A stretch of DNA of 64,000 nucleotides, taken from positions 1 to 64,000 of the IMG/VR virus record IMGVR_UViG_3300025164_000635. One strand, given 5' to 3'. Each line of letters starts with the position of its first letter. Position 1 is the first letter of the stretch. Below the pieces are notes generated by a model that was not told the origin of the DNA, searched no databases, and saw only the letters and a list, made by a program, of their open reading frames with translations. Source of the DNA: a virus. The translations under genes were made by a program, and so were the position numbers. Positions 35,902 to 44,764 of this stretch are shown piece by piece.

Positions 35902-36567
35902 CTACCTCGTCTGAGGAGGATGGAGTGCGATCAGGTTCTTATACCAGTTCCACATCTCGCGGGCCTGGGCCGCCCGTGAGTTGTCCACAGGCGTCCCGGA
36001 GTCAAGCTTGATGTTGTACTCTCGATTCATGGACGAGGCGACCGCCTGCGGCTGCAGGATGAACGCCCCGGCCAGGAAGGAAAGCGGGTGCTCGGCCCAC
36101 ATGGGAATGTAGATCTCAGGCTGCACCACGAGAACATTCCCATCCCCGTCCAGGCGATACTCTATCGCTGGCCAGGTAGCGTAGTAGTGCAGAACCAGTT
36201 CCCGATTGCTCGATGGCGTCTCCAGGTGTAGAACATTTCCCCACACCCAGAAGGCCAACTCCTGATCGGTCTCGCTTCGGTAACCGTCTTCTTGGAAGCG
36301 TCTCTTTGCCCATATCTTCGAGTTGGCGGGATCGTAGATCATGCCCATCTCGAAGAAGTCGACGGGTAGGTCGGCCAGCCGGCCTCCTTCCCGGATAACC
36401 AGGCTTTGCTCTCGTTCGCGGGCGGTATGGGCGCAGAAAGCATCCTGCGCCCAGTTCCAGGCCGCAATCCTCATTGGAGTGACGTGTTGCGGCGTGACAT
36501 CGGTCACAGTCACGTCATCCAGGAAGTAACTGAGCTTATCGTTGATCGTGCCCCAGGTCGTGCTCAT
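35902..36567 (-). CDS. head-tail adaptor protein (putative)
   Basis: follows the major capsid gene; N.AQ..F, LP.DF, L.YYA.P, IP..AEH.L patterns. Confidence 0.6.
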   Translation of the reverse strand: MSTTWGTINDKLSYFLDDVTVTDVTPQHVTPMRIAAWNWAQDAFCAHTAREREQSLVIREGGRLADLPVDFFEMGMIYDPANSKIWAKRRFQEDGYRSETDQELAFWVWGNVLHLETPSSNRELVLHYYATWPAIEYRLDGDGNVLVVQPEIYIPMWAEHPLSFLAGAFILQPQAVASSMNREYNIKLDSGTPVDNSRAAQAREMWNWYKNLIALHPPQTR

Positions 36568-36571
36568 GAAA

Positions 36572-37996
36572 TTACTGGATGCTCACTGCACCACGATTGG
36601 CGAATGACCCTTCACAGAAGAGGACCTCGTACACGTCCGGGTTCTGCTGATTCATTTCGCCGCGCTCCTGCCAGGTGACGCGCTCGATCGAGGGGAAGTC
36701 GGCGTTCTCGTCCGTTGGACGATTCCAAACGATCTTCTCGCGTCCTGCCCAGACCACCATCCCACGAGCGCCGACTGCGTACACGGGGTACACATGCTGC
36801 GCCTTGGTGACGTAGCCGTACACGCCCGCGGTGACCGCCTCGTTGAACTCTTCGGTGATCGGATAGCGGAACACCAGTCGATTATTGGTTGTATCCACAG
36901 CCTGAACTTCCATGATGATCGTCTTGCCGTCCAGGAAGTTCACGCCGTTCGTGATTCCCCAATCACTGGTTCGGGACGCATGCAGCGCCACGAAGTCACC
37001 GACCGCAAAGTCACCATCTGAGAAGTCGGAACACTGGACGTAGTGGGTGACGGCTGTGCCGCCCTGACCGGTGAGCCAGATGCCGTCGACCGAGCCGGTC
37101 TCGGGATCGGGGGCGCCATCGCCCCAGTTCACCGGGCTGGTGATGTTCACCTGTTTGTCGATCTTGCCGGCACACCACAAGGACATCCCGACCCCGTAGT
37201 CCTGGATCGTGATGTTGCGGTACTGGATGACCCCACCATTGATGATGCGCTGATCGTTCAACTGCCGTAGGTCAATCATCCAGTCACGCGCCGGTGAGTT
37301 CCATAGATCCCAGTAAACTGAAGTCGGGACCGAGATCAGGACGTTGCTGCGGAAGTCCTGGCCGGGAACCGGGTTGGCGTAATCACCGTGTTGCTTCAGT
37401 GTATCCTTGCTGCGGATCGCCATACGCAGCGACATCTCTTCCAGGTACTGGATGTCGAACTTGTACGTGCCCGACCTGTCCAGTGTCCCGAAGTCGTTGG
37501 CCGATGACCAGACTGCGCCGTTGCCCAGGAACTTGTACATAGCGTTGTTGAGCACGGCATCTCGGGCGATCTTCTCGTGTACCTCAACGACATTGTTGAG
37601 AAGCTGCGCGTTCATGGCCGCCCGGATGAAGGCGTCCGTGTCGTTTCCGAAACGGGTGACCAACTCGTCGGCCTTGTCCCATTGCGCCTTGCCGCCGTAG
37701 CGGAACCGGGAACGCAGGCGCCGCTCACGGGTGTCAACGTAGATACCAGACGTGTAGCGCTGGTACCAGCCAATCGGGTTGTGATTGGCGTGCGATGGGA
37801 TCAGCTCACGACCCGTGTAGAAGAAGTTGTTCAGGCCGACCCCTACGGGAACCTGGACGTAATCCGCCCAGGGTGTGAACATCACGTCGGCTTGGTGGAA
37901 CCGCGTGTCCACCGATGCGTCTCGTTCATCCCACGTACCACGGTTCCAGGCCGCCATGGGGTGAATGTCGAGATATTGTGCTAGTTCGAGTGCCAC
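36572..37996 (-). CDS. major capsid protein
   Basis: 474 aa after the scaffold-like gene, strong AGGAGG RBS; HK97-like layout (YGG...; V.TSVYWDL; G.I.Y.NI.I). Confidence 0.7.
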   Translation of the reverse strand: MALELAQYLDIHPMAAWNRGTWDERDASVDTRFHQADVMFTPWADYVQVPVGVGLNNFFYTGRELIPSHANHNPIGWYQRYTSGIYVDTRERRLRSRFRYGGKAQWDKADELVTRFGNDTDAFIRAAMNAQLLNNVVEVHEKIARDAVLNNAMYKFLGNGAVWSSANDFGTLDRSGTYKFDIQYLEEMSLRMAIRSKDTLKQHGDYANPVPGQDFRSNVLISVPTSVYWDLWNSPARDWMIDLRQLNDQRIINGGVIQYRNITIQDYGVGMSLWCAGKIDKQVNITSPVNWGDGAPDPETGSVDGIWLTGQGGTAVTHYVQCSDFSDGDFAVGDFVALHASRTSDWGITNGVNFLDGKTIIMEVQAVDTTNNRLVFRYPITEEFNEAVTAGVYGYVTKAQHVYPVYAVGARGMVVWAGREKIVWNRPTDENADFPSIERVTWQERGEMNQQNPDVYEVLFCEGSFANRGAVSIQ

Positions 37997-38017
37997 TGTG
38001 GCCTCCTAAGTTTGAGA

Positions 38018-38803
38018 TTACTGCTTGCCGACCAATGCAGTCCTTTTGAGCTCCCAATTCTTTCTCTCTTCTTCCTGGAGTGCCTTGTCTTTCATGCCGC
38101 CTGCAATCCAGGACTCGTGCGCGGCCATCGCCTTCTGGTGATAGAACTCCGGTGTCCCCTCTCCAACGGATTGCTCGGGAGGAGGGGGAACGGTGCCGGG
38201 AAGAACGACCGAGGGAGACACCTGCTGCAGAGTGGCCGCAAGGGCCACGGCCTTCGTCTCAAGTTCCTCGGCGGTCATCTTGGAGTTCATGATCAAGTCG
38301 AGGATCGGATTCGATTCCGTTCCATCCTCGGCCTTCACTGTGGCGGACAGAAGTTTTGGGTGCTTCATCAGGACAGCTTGGCGAGCAACCTGCCCTTGCA
38401 GTTGGGCTATCTGTGCGTTTGCGGCTTCCAGAGCTTGCTGTGTGGTGACCAGAGTGGCCGCCTGGGCACGCACGGCCTCCAGGTCGGTAGTTATTCGGGC
38501 AATCTGGTCATCTCGGGCACGAACCTCCATCTGGCCCGCTTCGATCTGGCCAGTCATCTTCCTCCAGCGTTCCTGGGCAGCGCCGATGACACCGTCGTAC
38601 TTGGCACGCCAGTATTCAGGGGAAGTATCACCAGGCTCAGTCTCACCGGCCTGTCTCAACTGTCGGGACGAGGCAAAGGGAGGCGGTTCCGCCTGACCAA
38701 AGACTTGTGGCTGAGGGGCAGGCACTGCGGGCGGCGGCGCGGCCGGTGTAGCAGGCAGCGTGGTCACTCCAGGGTCTGTTGCAGTCGTTCCATCGGGTGG
38801 CAT
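38018..38803 (-). CDS. capsid scaffolding protein
   Basis: Pro/Ala-rich N-terminus, YWRAKYDG, long coiled coil; directly upstream of the capsid gene. Confidence 0.7.
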   Translation of the reverse strand: MPPDGTTATDPGVTTLPATPAAPPPAVPAPQPQVFGQAEPPPFASSRQLRQAGETEPGDTSPEYWRAKYDGVIGAAQERWRKMTGQIEAGQMEVRARDDQIARITTDLEAVRAQAATLVTTQQALEAANAQIAQLQGQVARQAVLMKHPKLLSATVKAEDGTESNPILDLIMNSKMTAEELETKAVALAATLQQVSPSVVLPGTVPPPPEQSVGEGTPEFYHQKAMAAHESWIAGGMKDKALQEEERKNWELKRTALVGKQ

Positions 38804-38825
38804 TTCTCAAGCTCCTTGATGTGGA

Positions 38826-39371
38826 TTAGTCCTCAAAGTAGCTGAGAACTTTCAGGTACAGCCGGCTCTTCCCGGCTGTGTAGACTTTGGTGGCCGCGCC
38901 GGCGAAATACACGATCAGTTCTTGCGGGGTCGCGTAAATCTTGGGCGGGATGGGTGTGGCCGCGGCTGCGAGATCCACGAAGCCAGCCGCAGCCGTGATG
39001 TCGGCGTCGGCCAGAAGTGCATCTGAGCCGAGAAAGACGCCGTCGATCTCTTCGCTGGCCGCGTCGTTGACCCAGGCGGTCACTGTTTCCAGGTAGCCGC
39101 CGAGAAGACGCAGCTTCTTGGGTAGCTCACCTAGGCTGACTTTCGTTCCGGCGCCGCCGCTGACGCCACCGGTACCCGTGCAGGCCGGCAGGTCGTTGAA
39201 GTCGAACTCGGCGCTGATGTAGTATTCCATCAGATGCTTCCCGGAATACTCATCGCGTGTTCGCTCAACCTGGACCCAAGCTGTCTGGGGCCGCTCCGGT
39301 GTTGAGACCGGGATCAGGCCCGTGTCAACGGTACCGCGCTTAGGAACTAACAGAGTCGTTGGAGTAGGCAT
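38826..39371 (-). CDS. virion structural protein (head decoration-like)
   Basis: LGELP...L.G....VTAW...AGK..L pattern. Confidence 0.5.
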   Translation of the reverse strand: MPTPTTLLVPKRGTVDTGLIPVSTPERPQTAWVQVERTRDEYSGKHLMEYYISAEFDFNDLPACTGTGGVSGGAGTKVSLGELPKKLRLLGGYLETVTAWVNDAASEEIDGVFLGSDALLADADITAAAGFVDLAAAATPIPPKIYATPQELIVYFAGAATKVYTAGKSRLYLKVLSYFED

Positions 39372-39385
39372 GTTCTATAGCCTCC

Positions 39386-39991
39386 TTAGAGTGATGTATC
39401 CTTCATGAGCGCGAACAGGACGGTGATGTCGATAATGGCAGCCGCCGTCTTGTCCGACAAAGTCGCCACAATCGTCCGCACGCGGTCGGTGGTCACGGGT
39501 GAACCGGGCATCACCAACTGCTGCGCGCCGACCGCTTCGGTGATCGTGACAGTCTCGCCGGCAGCGTCATCGACCAGGGTGGCATCCACTATGATCTTGG
39601 AGGGCGTGGCCGAGACGACTACCTTCGTGCCGTTGTTGCTCACGTCTCCTGTGAAGCCCGCCACGACGATGGAGTCCCCCTGTGAAATCCAGGTCGGGAA
39701 GGCAGCCGCCGAATCGTTGTAGGAGTTATCGGTCTCAGCCGCCGAGATCGTGGCCGCGCTGTACTTCCTGGCGCCGACGACAGCGGCATTGACCAGTTCC
39801 GTTTCCGTCCCGCCCTTGTAGCCGACCTTGAGAGTGGCGTTCTCGGCCGGCGCGTCCTGCACGCCCAACAGCGTTCCGACCACCATGGCGTCCCGTGGTA
39901 GCTCAAAGAGTTCCACGTCGTCAACATCGGCATCGGTCACAGTAGCCGTCAGGCGTCTCAGCCCGGTATTAGCTTGAAATCGGGTTTTCAT
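39386..39991 (-). CDS. virion structural protein (decoration-like) with the same insert as the tail tube
   Basis: LFELP.DA.V; insert GDSIVVAGF...NNGTKVV. Confidence 0.55.
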   Translation of the reverse strand: MKTRFQANTGLRRLTATVTDADVDDVELFELPRDAMVVGTLLGVQDAPAENATLKVGYKGGTETELVNAAVVGARKYSAATISAAETDNSYNDSAAAFPTWISQGDSIVVAGFTGDVSNNGTKVVVSATPSKIIVDATLVDDAAGETVTITEAVGAQQLVMPGSPVTTDRVRTIVATLSDKTAAAIIDITVLFALMKDTSL

Positions 39992-40232
39992 GCATTCGCC
40001 TCCTTCCGTTTCGCCGCGAAACGGATCGATTATCCACAGCAGACATCACAATTTGCCCACTATGGCCTAAGCCAAGCGTGTTTCGCCAGGCGACGTGAAT
40101 CAACGGAGTGCGAGTGATGACGCGAATGGTTTTCGTCGAGCCACACTTGCAAACGACCGGCGAAGAATCCTCCATCATCCTCTGTACCTCGAACACGTCC
40201 TGACACGCCTGACACTCGTAGTCGTACCTCAC
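39969..40232 (-). CDS. FmdB-family zinc-ribbon protein
   Basis: YDYECQAC...FEV...CKCGS...RVI. Confidence 0.8.
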   Translation of the reverse strand: MRYDYECQACQDVFEVQRMMEDSSPVVCKCGSTKTIRVITRTPLIHVAWRNTLGLGHSGQIVMSAVDNRSVSRRNGRRRMHENPISS

Positions 40233-40582
40233 GTCAAATCTGTCCTTTCCCGGATCGGGGCTTCTGTCCTTGCCAATAGTCGCTGGTTTCGGGCAGGTCC
40301 CTGGAGAAATAGTTTGAATCGCCCGGTTCGGTTAGTGTGCTGTCCAAAACCGACCCGCACGGGCATGTCTCCATCCACCTCGTCATCCCATAGCTCGCCA
40401 GGCCCTTCTGCCCAGACCGAGAAGGTGGGTTGGTCGAGATGCCGGTCGATGACGTGATAGATGGCGCCTCCTGCCGAGGACTCATAGTCAAACTGAGCAG
40501 GTCGGCCATTCTTTTCCCATAAGCCGAAGACGAAATCGTATTCATCGTCACCGGACTTAATCTGGCGTGGTTCGTCAGCCAT
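40229..40582 (-). CDS. hypothetical protein
   Basis: coupled within the late operon. Confidence 0.55.
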   Translation of the reverse strand: MADEPRQIKSGDDEYDFVFGLWEKNGRPAQFDYESSAGGAIYHVIDRHLDQPTFSVWAEGPGELWDDEVDGDMPVRVGFGQHTNRTGRFKLFLQGPARNQRLLARTEAPIRERTDLT

Positions 40583-40820
40583 TTTGCCTCATCTGGATCA
40601 GGGGCCCTGAGTGTGGCTGTCTCTTCTGCCGGATCTCGCCCAGAAATTGAGCACCTTCTGCAGTGGTGATCTTCTGAAAAGTCCGAAGGGTTTCGACCTG
40701 CCTCTTCAAGGAGTTCAGGTAGAGGCCGCGTTGAATGGGCGGGACCGCATTCACTTTCTTGAGGGCCTCCACGATGTCTTCTCGGCCCCTGACCAGTCCT
40801 GGATAGAGAACCATGCTCAT
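40575..40820 (-). CDS. hypothetical protein
   Basis: GAGGAG RBS before MSMVLYPG. Confidence 0.5.
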   Translation of the reverse strand: MSMVLYPGLVRGREDIVEALKKVNAVPPIQRGLYLNSLKRQVETLRTFQKITTAEGAQFLGEIRQKRQPHSGPLIQMRQNG

Positions 40821-41017
40821 CTCCTCTTGTGAGACCACTTCCGGGCGTTGGATGCAAAATTCGCCTTCTTGCGAATGGCCGTACTCTTGGCCCTCTTCCC
40901 GGCAGCGATACAGGCGGACGTCACACCGCCGTACCCTTGCCGCTTGCACCAAGCCGTGAAGCTGCCCTCACGCGACTTCTTGATGTGGATACCGCTCCTG
41001 CGTTTTCGCTTAGCCAT
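40817..41017 (-). CDS. small basic protein (IHIK...G.FT...KKANFA.NARKW motif)
   Basis: GAGGAGGAGG RBS; highly basic; motif recalled from phage virion-associated proteins. Confidence 0.65.
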   Translation of the reverse strand: MAKRKRRSGIHIKKSREGSFTAWCKRQGYGGVTSACIAAGKRAKSTAIRKKANFASNARKWSHKRR

Positions 41018-41342
41018 CGTCCTCCTCCTCATCCCACTCACCAGGTGGTCTGCCTCTAAAAAGAACCGGTTGGAACTCCAGGTCGTCCCGGGCATGGAAA
41101 TCGGCCTGGACGTCTAGATCGACGACATGCACGGTCAGTCGGGCGACCACGGGGCCGGTCACCGGGATGAAGACGGAGGCATCGACCACGGCCAGCTCAA
41201 TCTCGGCTTGCCCTGATTCTCCCAAGACGTAGATGTGGGTCTCGTGCCCTGTACCTTGAGACATAATGCGTAGTCGCCCAATACGCTCGGCCTTTTTCTG
41301 TACTTCTTCCCGGCTTTCCAGTCCCACGGACTGTGTGCTCAT
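41010..41342 (-). CDS. hypothetical protein
   Basis: AAGGA RBS; acidic tail. Confidence 0.55.
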   Translation of the reverse strand: MSTQSVGLESREEVQKKAERIGRLRIMSQGTGHETHIYVLGESGQAEIELAVVDASVFIPVTGPVVARLTVHVVDLDVQADFHARDDLEFQPVLFRGRPPGEWDEEEDDG

Positions 41343-41514
41343 GATCAGGTCGATCCTTTCATTCGCATACGGCCCATGCTCTTTGGCATCTTCATATGTC
41401 TTCCTCTGGTCATCATTGAGTTGCTACTACTCTTCCGGCCACTATAGAAAGAGCCACGAGACCGGGAAGACGAGCGAGAACGATTCTTGGTGTATCGGTG
41501 TCCTGCCATAGGAA

Positions 41515-41847
41515 TCACCTCTTTCCTCTCACCTCGTACCAGGCGGATAAGGTGTTACCGTCCATGTTGAAAATCCAATAAATACGATAGTCCTTGTTGT
41601 GTGCCAGGCTCTTGACGAGAGGAGTCGTGAGTAATCGTCCTACGGCACTCCCACTCCCCTGCGTGCTGGCCGTCGTCACATCTTTGAATCCGCCACCCGT
41701 CACATCGTAGACTTTTGCGACAAATGAGGTGGGGTCCTCAAGACCCCAGGAGGCTGGGATGGTGATGGCATAGGCCACCTTGGCCTCGACGCCATGTACC
41801 CGTTTGTCTTCGACAACCTTTCGATAGTCGATGATGGCGGTGGCCAT
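41515..41847 (-). CDS. hypothetical virion protein
   Basis: coupled in the late operon; beta-rich. Confidence 0.55.
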   Translation of the reverse strand: MATAIIDYRKVVEDKRVHGVEAKVAYAITIPASWGLEDPTSFVAKVYDVTGGGFKDVTTASTQGSGSAVGRLLTTPLVKSLAHNKDYRIYWIFNMDGNTLSAWYEVRGKR

Positions 41848-42074
41848 TAGTGTTCCTCTCCTGGTCCGCCCGGCTCTTCTTCCAGAGTGAGCACGGGAAC
41901 ATTTTCCAGGGTCAGGCCAGGAAGACTAAGTAGAGTCAAAGAAAAGGTCAGACTGGCTAGGGTTAGTGTCGGCATGTCGTCCAGGGTCAAGAAAACTGTC
42001 TCGTTGAACTCACTGCCCGGTGGAAAATAGCCATTCGGAAAATAACTGGCTGGAAATAACAGATCGGGAAACAT
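41847..42074 (-). CDS. small protein (F.xYF..GYFP N-terminus)
   Basis: follows the repeat fibre gene. Confidence 0.55.
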   Translation of the reverse strand: MFPDLLFPASYFPNGYFPPGSEFNETVFLTLDDMPTLTLASLTFSLTLLSLPGLTLENVPVLTLEEEPGGPGEEH

Positions 42075-42077
42075 GGG

Positions 42078-43739
42078 TCACGTGAGATCATAGGTAATGG
42101 TCAGGCGATTCCCGTCCGCGTCCACGGTGGCCGAGATACGATTCTTGCTATCGGCCACCGCATTGCGGAAGATGGGACTGAGACCTGGTAGGCCGGAGAG
42201 CTTCCCGGCCAGGGCTGCGGCCATGATCGCCACAGCCTGTCGAAACGTCAGGCCCACCTCAATTGCATCTACCCGATCCAGCAGGGCGTCTGCGACCGCG
42301 TTCCTCTCTGCGACCGTCAGGGCAACTCCATCGGTTCCGGTATCGGCCAAGATAGATTGCGCGGTACTCTCCAGTGCTGCGGCCCCGGCCGATAGGTTAT
42401 CGAGATAGCCGGCTCGTAAGGCAGTCAGCCTTCCTTCCAGGTCGTCCACCTTTGATTCAATATCGGCCAGGTCTGCCGAAACAGAAGCACCGGTCGGCGT
42501 CCCTACCTTAGTCTGGAGATCGTCTGTGTCGGCCAAAACGGATTGAGCGGTGCTTTCCAGAGCTGTAGCGCCCGCTGACAAGTTGTCCAGATAGCCGGCA
42601 CGTAGTTCAGTGAGTCGGCCCTCCAGGTCATCTACCTTGCTCTCGATGTCAGCCAGGTCCGCCGAGAAGGATGTCCCAACTGGCGTCCCGAGCTTTGTCT
42701 GAAGATCATCGGTGTCGGCCTGGATACTCACGGCGGTACTCTCCAGGGCGACTGCACCGCCCGACAGATTGTCCAGGTAGCCGGCCCGCAAGTCAGTTAA
42801 TCGCCCTTCCAGGTCATCGACTTTCGACTCGATGTCGGCTAAGTCTGCCGAGAAGGAAATGCCCGTTGGCGTCCCTAGCTTGGTCTGAAGATCGTCCGTG
42901 TCGGCCAGAATTTCTGTGGCGGTACTTTGTAGCGCCACAGCACCACCTGACAGGTTATCCAAGTAAGCCGCGCGCACGGCGGTCAATCGTCCCTCCAGAT
43001 CATCGGTCGCCGTCACGATAGACTGAGCCGTAGCTTCCAGTGCGACTGCCCCGGCTGATAGATTATCCAGGTAGCCAGCGCGCAGTGTGGTCAACCGTCC
43101 TTCCAGGTCATCTACTTTTGATTCGATGTCGGCTAAGTCTGCCGAGAAGGAACCTCCTGTGGGCGTTCCGATCTTGGCCTGGATGTCGTCCGTGTCGGCC
43201 AAGATGGATTGAGCGGTGCTCTCCAGGGTCACTGCGCCCGCCGAGAGGTTATCCAGGTAGCCAGCGCGAGTGTCCGTAAGCCTCCCTTCCAGGTCATCGA
43301 CTTTGCCCTCGACGTCTGCAATGTCGGCGGCCACAGAAACGCCCGTGGGCGTGCCAATCTTGGTCTGGAGATCGTCTGTGTCAGCTTGCACAGTAGCGAG
43401 TGCCGCGGCTGTGGAGAGAGCATCGATCTGATTGGTGCTCGTCTGAATGTTGACGCTTAGATCACACCATTCATTCCCAGCTACATCACTGAATGTGATA
43501 TTTATGTTGTCGGCGTTCATCTCTGAGGCCGACAACGTGACCTTGACCATCGTTCCGCTCGCGGGGGTAACGACTGGTAGTGTGGCTAGGTTGTTAAAGG
43601 GCCCTCCATCCAGGCTTACCTTGACATCGCCCGCCGCCAAGGTTGGATTCACCTGGAAGAGCTTCGTGTTAAATTGGCTAGTGAGACCAATGTAAAAGAT
43701 GAACTCTGTATTCTTCTTGGGCGGCAAATAGGAGGCCAT
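42078..43739 (-). CDS. fibre-like virion protein with 62-aa tandem repeats
   Basis: 5 full and 1 partial DTDDLQTK.GTP...DDLEGRLT..RAGYLDNLS repeats; C-terminal RISATVDADGNR. Confidence 0.75.
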   Translation of the reverse strand: MASYLPPKKNTEFIFYIGLTSQFNTKLFQVNPTLAAGDVKVSLDGGPFNNLATLPVVTPASGTMVKVTLSASEMNADNINITFSDVAGNEWCDLSVNIQTSTNQIDALSTAAALATVQADTDDLQTKIGTPTGVSVAADIADVEGKVDDLEGRLTDTRAGYLDNLSAGAVTLESTAQSILADTDDIQAKIGTPTGGSFSADLADIESKVDDLEGRLTTLRAGYLDNLSAGAVALEATAQSIVTATDDLEGRLTAVRAAYLDNLSGGAVALQSTATEILADTDDLQTKLGTPTGISFSADLADIESKVDDLEGRLTDLRAGYLDNLSGGAVALESTAVSIQADTDDLQTKLGTPVGTSFSADLADIESKVDDLEGRLTELRAGYLDNLSAGATALESTAQSVLADTDDLQTKVGTPTGASVSADLADIESKVDDLEGRLTALRAGYLDNLSAGAAALESTAQSILADTGTDGVALTVAERNAVADALLDRVDAIEVGLTFRQAVAIMAAALAGKLSGLPGLSPIFRNAVADSKNRISATVDADGNRLTITYDLT

Positions 43740-43742
43740 CGA

Positions 43743-44072
43743 TCATCCTGGTTGATAGATCGTAATGGAGTCGTTCACATTCATGAGGTCAGCCCCGCCT
43801 GGGCCAACCTTTTTCTTGCCGCCTCCTCCACTGCCTCCCTTGTCCTTCGTCTTCTTGCCCTGCCCCATCGGGCCTAATTCAAGCATGACCATTAGAGTTG
43901 ACAGTTGTCGTTTTCGGGGCTCTTGAATCTCGACATTGACACCGGTCTGGGTAGTACGCCGACTGGCGGGCTCTTGAATCTCGACATTGACACCGGTCTG
44001 GGTAGTACGCCGACTGGCGGGCTCTTGAACCTCAACATCGACATCAACTTGGGTAATACGTCTCGTGCTCAT
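43743..44072 (-). CDS. 17-aa-repeat protein, paralog of 13531..13737
   Basis: MSTRRITQ; EIQEPASRRTTQTGVNV repeats. Confidence 0.7.
   Translation of the reverse strand: MSTRRITQVDVDVEVQEPASRRTTQTGVNVEIQEPASRRTTQTGVNVEIQEPRKRQLSTLMVMLELGPMGQGKKTKDKGGSGGGGKKKVGPGGADLMNVNDSITIYQPG
43917..44029. repeat. exact 51-bp tandem repeat (2 copies plus a partial copy), coding
   Basis: GGGCTCTTGAATCTCGACATTGACACCGGTCTGGGTAGTACGCCGACTGGC at 43917 and 43968. Confidence 0.95.
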
Positions 44073-44075
44073 AGA

Positions 44076-44435
44076 TTAGGGCCATTGGCGCACGATCATA
44101 TTGACGAGCCGAGCTTCTTCTTGTTCAACAGGCGTAGCCGCCGTGCCACTCCTGACCTGGAGAAACTTGACGCCTGCAAATCGTAACGGATTGGCGAGGG
44201 TGATGTAGCGATCCTCTGCGGCCTGTACCGTAACCTCATTGTCATCGTCTCCGTAGAGATCCCGAACGACATCCGGGACGGAGCCCGCCAGGAAGGTAAA
44301 ATCGGCGGCCGTCCACTCTGCCGGCATCTCAATCCCGACAAGCAGCAGACCATTCAGAGAGACTGCCTCGGACAGTGTGCCTGCCGCGGCGAAATGAACA
44401 GGAAGTACGAACAGTCTTGACATGCTTTGGCTCAT
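44076..44435 (-). CDS. virion protein (jelly-roll-like)
   Basis: LSEAV.L....LVGI.MP..WTAA..TF...VRSGT...PV.Q pattern typical of phage head-region proteins. Confidence 0.55.
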   Translation of the reverse strand: MSQSMSRLFVLPVHFAAAGTLSEAVSLNGLLLVGIEMPAEWTAADFTFLAGSVPDVVRDLYGDDDNEVTVQAAEDRYITLANPLRFAGVKFLQVRSGTAATPVEQEEARLVNMIVRQWP

Positions 44436-44764
44436 TCGAGTACCCCCAGAAGTACAATCTTGAGTGTGGCTCCCAGGGGAGCCACCACGGAAACGCCGGT
44501 CAAGGTAGCGCCTCCTAGGTAAGCGACCGTGCAGTCATACCCTGAGACAGCCCCGTTCAGCCGGAGCTCAATCACTTCGTCACTCGACAGGAAAAGAGAG
44601 GTGACGCTTGACAGAGGGGCCGGGAAGAGATCGACTGCGCTGGCCGAGGCTGGCAGCTCCATCTCGTATTGCATCATCTCAGCATCCCCGGTCAGGAGGT
44701 TCTCAAACAGGGGTGAAATGCGATCACCGTTTGTGTCCAGCACCGATAGGAAGACCTGCTTCAT
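44432..44764 (-). CDS. hypothetical virion protein
   Basis: coupled to the portal gene. Confidence 0.5.
   Translation of the reverse strand: MKQVFLSVLDTNGDRISPLFENLLTGDAEMMQYEMELPASASAVDLFPAPLSSVTSLFLSSDEVIELRLNGAVSGYDCTVAYLGGATLTGVSVVAPLGATLKIVLLGVLE

Noticed and set aside
43917-44029. 51-bp repeats as a CRISPR array
   Set aside because: Head-to-tail tandem copies without spacers, in frame (17 aa) inside an ORF.
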